From: Paraphysomonas bandaiensis
Taxonomy: Eukaryota; Protista; Chrysophyceae
NCBI GenBank assembly: GCA_965644295.1
Contig: CBFFRP010000507.1
Coordinates: forward strand, 1-30,086
DNA: 30,086 nt
Direction of reading: 5' to 3'
The notes below the pieces were generated by a model. The model ran no database searches. It was not told where the DNA came from and saw only the letters and a list, made by a program, of their open reading frames with translations. Made by a program: the position numbers and the translations under genes. Below are positions 21,801 through 30,086 of this stretch, piece after piece (position 1 is the first letter of the stretch; each line of letters starts with the position of its first letter).

Positions 21801-22043
21801 ATGAGTATGAAATATAGAGTTGTTCAAATTGATGGAGACAATAATTTAATCAAAGAATATAAAACATTGAAAGAAGTTGCAAAAGACTTAGATATAGAGT
21901 TACACTTAGTAAGAAAGAATAACAAGATAACTGAAGGACGAATGGAAAGTAAGAGACCTCATCACATATACAGAGACTTTTTTAATAATACTAAAATATA
22001 CAACATAAAGAAGGAAGTTAAAAAAATACAATCTAAAAATTAG
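21801..22043 (+). CDS. Small NUMOD1/IENR1-like helix-turn-helix DNA-binding protein
   Basis: VVQIDGDNNLIKEYKTLKEVAKDLDI resembles the NUMOD1 pattern; ATG start with the shared upstream motif. Confidence 0.6.
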   Translation: MSMKYRVVQIDGDNNLIKEYKTLKEVAKDLDIELHLVRKNNKITEGRMESKRPHHIYRDFFNNTKIYNIKKEVKKIQSKN

Positions 22044-22106
22044 ATGACAAAATATACAAAATAAATAAAAAGGTTTAAAAATATATAATGTATATATATA
22101 TATTAT

Positions 22107-22445
22107 ATGAGTAAGAATTTTGATACAAAGAAAATTGAAAAGAAGAATAAGAAAGGATTCGTATTACAATCAACGACACAATTTACACCAAAAAAGAATC
22201 AAAAGATAAGTATAGATGAAATAAACAAGTTCTACAAGGCAATAGCGAAGAAGTATAAGAAAAATAACTTTATAATTCGTGCTATGGGTATAGATGGTAT
22301 GAAGACGTTAAAATCACAGGATTTTATAGAAGACGATTTAAAATGGATGATGATTAATTATTATCGTTCATATGGTATTGAAGCTAAGACAGTTGAAGAA
22401 AAATTCAGTGATTATTTTTATTTTGAAATTACAATATTATATTAA
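22107..22445 (+). CDS. Hypothetical basic protein, 112 aa
   Basis: Open frame in very AT-rich DNA, ATG with the shared upstream motif; no family recognised. Confidence 0.6.
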   Translation: MSKNFDTKKIEKKNKKGFVLQSTTQFTPKKNQKISIDEINKFYKAIAKKYKKNNFIIRAMGIDGMKTLKSQDFIEDDLKWMMINYYRSYGIEAKTVEEKFSDYFYFEITILY

Positions 22446-22516
22446 AATATATAAAATATATAAAATATATAAAATAAATAAAATGGTTTAAAATATAAAA
22501 TGTACATGTATTATAT

Positions 22517-23733
22517 ATGAGTAAGAACTATAAAGTATATTACTATTATTATGATATGAATGAAGCTGTATATATGACTGATGAAGATGACGAAGTAAGA
22601 AGATGTGATTTACAAGAGATATTTCACGAAAAGAGTCATCAGTTTAGTATGTTACAAGGATATGATAACACAGAGTCAGACTTGAAAAGGTTTAAAAAAG
22701 ATTTTAATATATTGTGTGATGCATTAAAGAAAGTTTCAATCAAAACAAAGAGTAGTAAGTATTTTTCAATCAAGTATAAGAAGTATTTCAATCATAATGA
22801 CGCCGTATTATACAATTGGAAGGCATACCACAAGGCAGAGACATTAAAGAAGTTTGAGAGAGTATCAAAGACAGAATTTTACATAATGGAGCGTTGTTAC
22901 AATTCAGGATTGATAACATTAAACTTAGATTACAAAGAAAAACCCGTGATGTGTTATAGTAGAGACTTTAGTAGTTATTATAGCAATCTCTTAATCAATA
23001 TAAAGATACCATATAGAGAAGGTAAAGTATATAATTTAGATAGTGTTGAATATGGAAAATTGAAATATGGAATATATAGAGTTGAAATAAACTATACAAA
23101 CAATCAATTCACAAACGTATTTAACTTTTCACAAGATAATCATTATACCTCAACATTATTAAACTCAGTGTATAAATATAAAGATTACTTCGGCTTAACA
23201 TTCAAATTACTGAAAGTAGATGATGAATATGACTATAACGCTTTAATATGGGACTATGATGACTTAATGGATGGTGATAAACTATTCGGTGAATGGTTGA
23301 AAGATATGTTAAGTGTCAAAGAGAAGTTACCAAAGAACAAGTTAGTAAAACATCTCATCTCAACAATAGGAGGAACACTGGCAAGCTTTAAGAACTTATA
23401 TTTTGATGACTTTGATGACTTAGACTTAACAAGAATAAACAGCACTGTTGATAGTGAATACAAACTAAGGAAGATTACAAACTCAGGAACATATAAATGT
23501 GTGAAAAGCGATGAAGCTTATAAGTATAACTTTGCAAGGATAAAGCCGTTTCTAGTGTCATTAGGAAGGAAGAAGATGTTTGAATTAGTAATGAAAAACA
23601 ACTTAATCGACAAATTAGTAGCAATTCACACAGACAGATTAACATTAATTGAGGACTTTAATTTTTCAATAAAGAATAAGTATTATCCAACTCCAGAAGA
23701 GAAATCAAGTGGAAAAATAATATTTTATAATGC
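22517..23733 (+). CDS. Divergent family B DNA polymerase-like protein, C-terminus interrupted by LTR C
   Basis: Motifs in PolB order: RDFSSYYSNLL (A-like), KHLISTIGGTL (B-like), IHTDRL (C-like). The ORF continues to 23791 only through LTR sequence. Confidence 0.65.
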
Positions 23734-24739
23734 TGTGACCACGTGGCATTTCCCATGCCCTATCTACGTGGCTATAGTATCACGCTATTGAGTCACATGC
23801 ATGGTTACATTGACTTTTAGGACCCTATGTTGGTTTAAGACCCTATATCAGGACCCTATATATTGCTTTAGGACCTTCATTGTGTTCAGGATACATATTA
23901 TGCAACACCATTTGGACATTGGTAATGTACCACAGTGTACCTACATATTGAGCCAACGTTCGGGTATGATGTCCAATTTTTATCTGCTGCTGATGATGTA
24001 CGACTATGATCTGCTGCTGGTGACTTCGGTCGATGTGAAACCTGCTGCAAATTTATATCAAAGTTATGTGGGCCCGTATTCCTGTGTAGCAGTTGCAGTA
24101 TATACTTCCATATACATACATACATGTATTACCCGTACTACCCTATAGGGGGGCAAATACATGTGACCATCACAGGAGAGAAGTCGCTATTATACACTTG
24201 AGGTGCACGAGTGTTCATGCAAGGCTTATTGGGGTTGGATTGCAATGTGGTATGCGTACTATACGTACTATATGTACCGTATTTATGTATTTCCTGGATT
24301 ATGGGGTTTTCAGTCTCTGGTAGGGTATAGATACGTAGTATACGGTGTACTCTCGGCATATGCTGGTGAGTCACTCCCTATCAGGTTGCTGTGTATTTTT
24401 CAGTTTTGATTGAAGAGTTACACAACCTGTGGTGGTGTGATGACACCACGTGTGTTGTACCATGTTAGGAGTGTGTGTGTGTGCATATATGCTTCTATGG
24501 TGTTTATCACTTGTTTTAAGTTAGACCAAAGCTTGGTGCTAGTGATCTTGGGTGCCAGCGGTATACCATTGCGCGGTGACTCTTCGCGGGAGTCACTAAC
24601 TGAGTTTAGGTCTAAACTTGGAAAAAAGTGTTTTAATAATAATACCGTTATTACTGTGCTTGTTGGTTCAGTGTAGGTGTTGTTGTAGTTTTATTGTTTA
24701 CGAGCCAACACCCTGGTTATCAAACCGGGTGTTGTTATA
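23734..24739 (+). repeat. Family C 5' LTR (~1006 bp, TG...TA)
   Basis: The right end is defined by the repeat with 20925-21638. The left end is inferred from TGTGAC at the compositional break. Confidence 0.8.
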
Positions 24740-24752
24740 GTAAATATTTACT
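24739..24752 (+). promoter_or_regulatory. Palindrome AGTAAATATTTACT at the primer-binding-site position (C)
   Basis: Perfect 14-nt palindrome overlapping the last LTR base. Function is inferred. Confidence 0.7.
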
Positions 24753-25279
24753 TTACTGCTCGTACAGAAATTTCTGTCTTTGCGCTGTTGTTTCACACTC
24801 TTATAAGAAACTAACTGCGACACGCTTCTTTGGGCTTGATTCTTTGGGCTTGATTCTTTGGGCTTGTTGTCTGTTGCCTTCGGTTGCCTGTGGTTGTTGG
24901 TTGTCTGTTGCTCTCTGGGTGTGAGTTGTCAGTAGTTGTTCTCTAGGCTCTTTGTTCAGTGGTGATTGTTTGATACACAGTGTGGTGACTGAGGAAATTC
25001 GGTTCTTTTCGAAGTCAATCGACCGTGGATACCGCCTGTGTGTTAACTGTTGTCACTTGTACAAATCCGACGGGTTCAACGGGTTTGAGTGTTGAGTGTT
25101 GAGTGTTGAGTTTTTGGATTCTTACGCAGGGTTGTCTTTGGGATTTGTCTTGTGGTGTCTTGGTGTGTTGTTGAGTTCTGGGTCAGTGGTTCTAGGAGTT
25201 GCCAGGGTTGCTTGTCTCAGTGTGTTAGGGAAAAGTTTGGTGGATATAGTCTTTGAGGCGGAAGTCCTTCTCATTAACC

Positions 25280-27088
25280 ATGTCTACTCCGACTGGTAAA
25301 ACGAGGAGAGGCGGCAAGAAAACTCCTGGGAAAGATCAGGAAGCCGCTGGTAGTGGTGAAACCAAACAAGACGCTGCTGGAGGTGTGCAGGATGTTGTTC
25401 AGGAGTCTTCTGCTCCAAACATCAATCCAAACCAGGAGATTTTGGATACAGTTCGTGCCATGTCTCAGTCTTTTACAGAGGTGGCTACTGCAGTGTCTAA
25501 CCTCAGCAGCAGGATGCAAATATTGGAGAATAGAGTACAAAATGTTGAGGATGGTGAGAGCAGTCAGTCTCAGGCTTCTGTGGGCTCACATCAGCGGCAA
25601 AAGGTTACCAAGCGCACGTCGAAACACAAACGTCAGCCGAGGTATTCCACTCTGGAAAACATGGCTAAGTTTCGCATTATTCCTCAGGAGGAAGATAGCA
25701 ACAAGGAGGACGATGGTTCGAATCCCGATGTTGATGGTGATGGTGTTAATGATGTGCCTACCCTCATGGATAACATCTTTAAGGGCAAGAAAGCGGGCAA
25801 GTTATTCAGGGATTTGAAGAAAAGTTCTGAGGTGGCTAGTGCCAAAACAGTTACCATAACTAGAGAGGAAAGGAGGTGTCATGTTCGCATCAATGACTTT
25901 AAGTTGGGTAAAGTGGCGAAAGCGATCAAAGACATCTTAGAGTTTCAAGAGCAAGAAGAAACTGAGGTGCGAATTCAAAAGGTACTTTCAACCAGTTTGA
26001 AGGCACATCTGCGGAATGTGTACAGCATCACACATGCGCAGCTGGCACAAATGGATGTTTCGGATTTGCTTCTCATTGTGGCTCAGGAGACCAAGGTGTT
26101 CAATTGCGTGGCATTTTATAATGAACTCAGAGATTCCTTGAAACATATCCAGATCATGGACTGGAAGTATGTAAATGCTGTGACTTTTGAGGCATTCTAT
26201 CATCAGCAATTGAACTTGATGCAGTCGTTCCAAACAATGTTGTCTATCATGTTGGTCTCAAACAAAACATGGTGTCCTCGTATCGATGACAAAGAGTACG
26301 GATTGATAAGACTCTTTAAGACTTTGAATGACGGGACCTATGTTAAGTATGTGTTGGGGTGCATGTCGACAAATAAATTTGACTCTATGAGCGAATTTTT
26401 CAAAGAGTATTCGGCTGTACTCTTGGATCATTATCAAGTAACCATCGCGTACCGACAGTTACCTATGGAGTCGACTACGATGTTTCAACAGAAGCACGAG
26501 GACTATCTTAAGAGGAGAAAGGAACTATTCTCTCAACAGTCCAACAAACCTTCGTTGAACAGTCGTGTTGATTCTAAACCAAGGGTTTCGCAAGTGTCAC
26601 ATCTAGATACTTACGATGAGTCTGGAGGAAACTATAACGATGAGTGGGATGATAATGATGGGTATGTACCCAATGATGATGATTTGTGGGATGCTCCGAG
26701 TGAGACTTGGCGGTCCAGTAATCTGGAGGTACATGACGATAAACAAGTCGCTATGATGACAGATGTGAAACCAATGTCGGGTAATGACGCAGCACTTGAT
26801 GGGGAGCGTCGTGTTAACTCTGATAGGTCTCTGTCAGCCATGCATAGTAGGCCAACTGGTGCTCAGAATAGTAAGACCGATAAGTATGGGTGTCTTAGGA
26901 AAATCATGTATGGCAAGTGCGACAAAACAGACTGTCCATATAATCATAATGCGAAATGTCTGTTGGATTCTGCGTCCGAAATGCGGGACAAGATCGATGC
27001 GTATCTTAAGTCTGCGGGAAGCTCGGAGCAGAGGGACAAACAACCGACCATCTTGAGGAGGGATCACTTCGGTGATTCCCGCCCTTGA
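25280..27088 (+). CDS. gag: Gag (family C) with CCCH zinc finger
   Basis: First ATG at 25280; C-x8-C-x4-C-x3-H at 26891-26947; similar to gag A. Confidence 0.88.
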   Translation: MSTPTGKTRRGGKKTPGKDQEAAGSGETKQDAAGGVQDVVQESSAPNINPNQEILDTVRAMSQSFTEVATAVSNLSSRMQILENRVQNVEDGESSQSQASVGSHQRQKVTKRTSKHKRQPRYSTLENMAKFRIIPQEEDSNKEDDGSNPDVDGDGVNDVPTLMDNIFKGKKAGKLFRDLKKSSEVASAKTVTITREERRCHVRINDFKLGKVAKAIKDILEFQEQEETEVRIQKVLSTSLKAHLRNVYSITHAQLAQMDVSDLLLIVAQETKVFNCVAFYNELRDSLKHIQIMDWKYVNAVTFEAFYHQQLNLMQSFQTMLSIMLVSNKTWCPRIDDKEYGLIRLFKTLNDGTYVKYVLGCMSTNKFDSMSEFFKEYSAVLLDHYQVTIAYRQLPMESTTMFQQKHEDYLKRRKELFSQQSNKPSLNSRVDSKPRVSQVSHLDTYDESGGNYNDEWDDNDGYVPNDDDLWDAPSETWRSSNLEVHDDKQVAMMTDVKPMSGNDAALDGERRVNSDRSLSAMHSRPTGAQNSKTDKYGCLRKIMYGKCDKTDCPYNHNAKCLLDSASEMRDKIDAYLKSAGSSEQRDKQPTILRRDHFGDSRP

Positions 27089-30086
27089 TGGTTCGGTGGA
27101 TGTGACGATACAGACAAGGAGGATTCCAATTCAAAGACTCGGGATGAGAATGATGAATGTTCAGTGCATTCTAATGATCTTAATGAGTTTGCGAATTCCT
27201 CCAATGTCTGTATCGGGGATCAGGCTAAGCTGTATGCCTGCTATCCTTCATCCAAGAGCTTCTCTTCAGCGCACACTATAGGAAGGATTACTTTAGATAG
27301 AAAATTTGGAATAGAGGAGTTAGTAAAAATATTGTGTGACACTGGAGCCCTCTCAGCCAATTATGTGTCGAGGGATTTGGTGGACAGATTGCGGAACAAA
27401 CTAGAACCGAGCCGTTTTTATAAAGCTAAACACCGTGTGGTATTGGCGGATAGTAGAACGGTGAAGGATCTCAATGAAGGAGTCAGATTAAATTTAGTGC
27501 TGACTGATCCGAAGAGTCATACCTATCAATATACGGGTGAATTCTTTGTGATTGATATGACGAGTAATGATATTATTTTGGGGTTGCCTGCGCTGACTGG
27601 AAAATTATATCCTTTCATGTGTGCTGTTATGCGTGAGGCACATGACACTCAAATCGAGGGTGTCTCCGATAATGAAAATTCGAATGTGTTGTCATCTCTG
27701 GCAGGGGACACGGTTGACTCTGATGACCGTGTGCACCCATGGTCAAGAGCGAGTGATGCTATTGCCCCAGAGGATGAGGAAACTGAGTTACCGGTTCAAT
27801 TCAAGGATGCGTTGACATTCTTAGGAAAGTCTAGGGAGGAAGCCCTCCAAGACTATCATGAGCAGATAGAGACTCATGTCAGCGATGAAATGAAAAGTGA
27901 AACTAAGATTATGGAATTGTTGTCAACGAAGGCTGAAAAAGTGTTTGTGCCTGACGAATGGAGCGGTGTGAGAGGTGTGGACCCTTTGTCTCTAAAATGG
28001 AAAAGCACTCTCCCGGATCGAATGAAACCAAAGGCTCGCCCGATCAATCCTAAGCTGTGGGAAGCTTCGGAAAAGGAGTTTCGGCGACTGTGTGGCTATT
28101 TCTACCGAAAGAGTCGTTCTCCTTGGGCTTCATGCCTAGTGGTTGCTCCCAAAGCCACTCCTCCATACATCCGTTTTTGTGGTGACTATGTGCAAATTAA
28201 CAAGCACATGGAAGTGGGAAATTATACGATCCCTAATGTTAAGCATGAGTTGGACAAGATTATCAACTTTCCGCTATACATGGATATAGATTTAACAAAT
28301 GCTTTTCATCAAATTCCATTAGATGATGAAACTTCTGAGCGCCTATCAATTCAGACGCCTTGGGGGCAATTTGCTCCTAATTTCATGCCAGAGGGTATTG
28401 CTCCGGCCACGGGTGTTTTACAGGAAACTGTGAGAGAAATATTCGATGATTTCTCTGAGTGGGCCATAGTCATTTTCGATAACATGCTTATATTGGCTAA
28501 TGATGCCAGGGATGCTTATGAGAAGTTCGAAAAGATCATTGACAGATGTATTGAAAGGAATGTGAAACTTAAGATGCCAAAAAGCTGGTTGGGGTTTAGA
28601 AAGGTGGATTTCTTTGGATATGTTTGCCGTCACAAGTCATATGAGGTTAATCCCGATAAGAAGGAGGCTCTCGGCAAGATTCCAATGCCTACTAACACCA
28701 AACAGGCCAGATCGTTGCTGGGTAAAGGGGTATTCTTTTCTAGTTTTACGCCTAGATACTCTGATTTAGTTGCTCACTTGACTGACATGACAAAGTCGAG
28801 TTTCAATTGGGATAAGTCCACATGGCGGCATGACTACGAGGCAGAGTATCGTCGTTTCATTGCCGGACTACAAGACGCTTGTGAGCTGTTTTATCCGGAT
28901 TATAATCTTGAGTGGACATTGCGTACTGACGCTAGTGAGTTGGGAATAGGTTCAGTGTTATTGCAAAAGAAAATATTAGAGGATGGGAGCATACAGTGGC
29001 AGCCTATAGCTTTCATTTCCAAAAAGTTTTCTGCCCAAGCTCAGAAGTGGTCAACTATAGAGCAAGAGGCATATGGAATTTTCTACAGTGTTAAACACTT
29101 GGCTTATTACTTAATAGGCAAGCAATTCACAATTGAGACCGACCATAACAATCTATTGTGGATGGAATCTTCGGATGTTCCAAAGATTACACGATGGAGG
29201 ATATTCTTGCAGTCTTTCAACTTCAGCATTCGTCATATATCTGGTGCCAAGAATTGGTTGGCGGACTGGTTATCTAGAGAGCATCAGGTTGCTATACTCT
29301 CTGGAATATTCCCAGAGGAGGAATATGATGACGCCTATTTCATGGGGGATGACTGTAATGAGTATGAGTACTTTAACTTTCTGGGTAACTTTATGAACCC
29401 GGATGATCGAGAGATTGAGGACCCTCCAACATCTCATGTATCACCGGAGACGGCGTTGCGTGAGGTTCATAACGCGCGAGTTGGACACATGGGGGGAAGG
29501 GCTACCTGGATACGCTTAAACAAAGAGTTCCCGGGTCATAATATTCCTTACAAGGTTGTTGAGGATTATATCTCTAAGTGCCCAAATTGTGTGAAAACGA
29601 GGTTGGCTATGAAGGAGGCTCTTATCCCGATCGTACGAAATCTCAAGCCCCCAAATGCTCGTAGCGCGATTGGTATAGATGCTGTTGAGATTACACCTCA
29701 CGGTGCAGAGGGATATACACATATCAACGTGGTGGTCAATCTTTTCACCAAGTTTGTGTACCTTGAACCTGTCAAAGGTGTGACGGCTCTTAATCTTGCA
29801 AATACTATATGGAAATACTGGAGTCATTACGGTCACACAGATCTAATAATCTCGGATCAAGGACCGGATTTGACTTCAGATTTGTTCAAACAGTTGACGG
29901 AGTACATGGGTGTTCGGCACACTTTTAGTATTGCCAATCGCCATGCAAATGGATGTGAAAGAATTATTGGAGAAGTAGTTCGACATCTACGTGCTCTGGT
30001 CTATGATTACAGTGAACGGGAGGAACGACAAGACATCTTTGAGGACCCTAGTTGGTTAGCAAGTGTTCAATATCTTCTAAATTCTG
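27089..30086 (+). CDS. pol: Pol (family C), partial; absent from the ORF track, apparently because it has no stop inside the window
   Basis: Manual translation in the gag frame gives LCDTGA, RFCGDY, DIDLTNAFHQ, MPEG, IFDN (28472-28483), TDAS, TDH, ADWLSR, HNARVGH..CPNC, ISDQG, NGCERII. Confidence 0.93.

Larger units (their letters stand above)
21639..23733 (+). mobile_element. AT-rich endogenous DNA-virus-like or Polinton-like fragment
   Basis: Sharp compositional shift; compact, intronless, co-oriented ORFs with a shared upstream motif; a PolB-like gene; begins with a truncated ORF tail (EENEQK..DDLMKMI*, ending 21739). Confidence 0.7.
23734..30086 (+). mobile_element. Ty3/gypsy LTR retrotransposon, family C, running off the window
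   Basis: 5' LTR, palindrome, ~530 nt leader, gag, in-frame pol up to the integrase core. Confidence 0.93.

Noticed and set aside
20925-24739. Non-autonomous LTR element that captured viral genes
   Set aside because: No palindrome follows the left LTR, no PPT precedes the right one, and both cut ORFs; two insertions is the simpler explanation.
4733-29836. Antisense and alternate-frame ORFs inside gag/pol
   Set aside because: Shadow ORFs with no recognisable domains and no conservation among the three families.
1-30086. CRISPR array, rRNA or tRNA genes
   Set aside because: No regularly spaced repeat-spacer units or recognisable structural RNA genes were seen.

Overview
Eukaryotic, repeat-dense 30 kb with almost no intact host genes. 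In order: a decayed Ty1/copia pol (+, 16-2273); the 5' end of a Ty3/gypsy element (-, ~2274-2889, called B'); gypsy element A (+, 2956-10268), preceded by the pol tail and PPT of an upstream tandem copy; a truncated copia (-, 10269-12902); scrambled fragments of a host REJ/EGF-like membrane-protein gene (12954-14127); gypsy element B (-, 14128-20924); a partial LTR of family C; a 2.1 kb AT-rich virus-like segment with a family B DNA polymerase-like ORF; and gypsy element C (+, 23734 to the window end). The three divergent gypsy families share several atypical traits. A perfect palindrome (GTAA..TTAC core) replaces the tRNA primer-binding site and follows a U5 hairpin. The RT active-site motif is IFDN instead of YxDD. 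A single in-frame UGA separates gag from pol and is followed by a stem-loop. Gag has a CCCH zinc finger instead of a CCHC knuckle. In A and B an extra conserved domain follows the chromodomain. All of this was read by eye; no searches or folding programs were run, so novelty is unverified.
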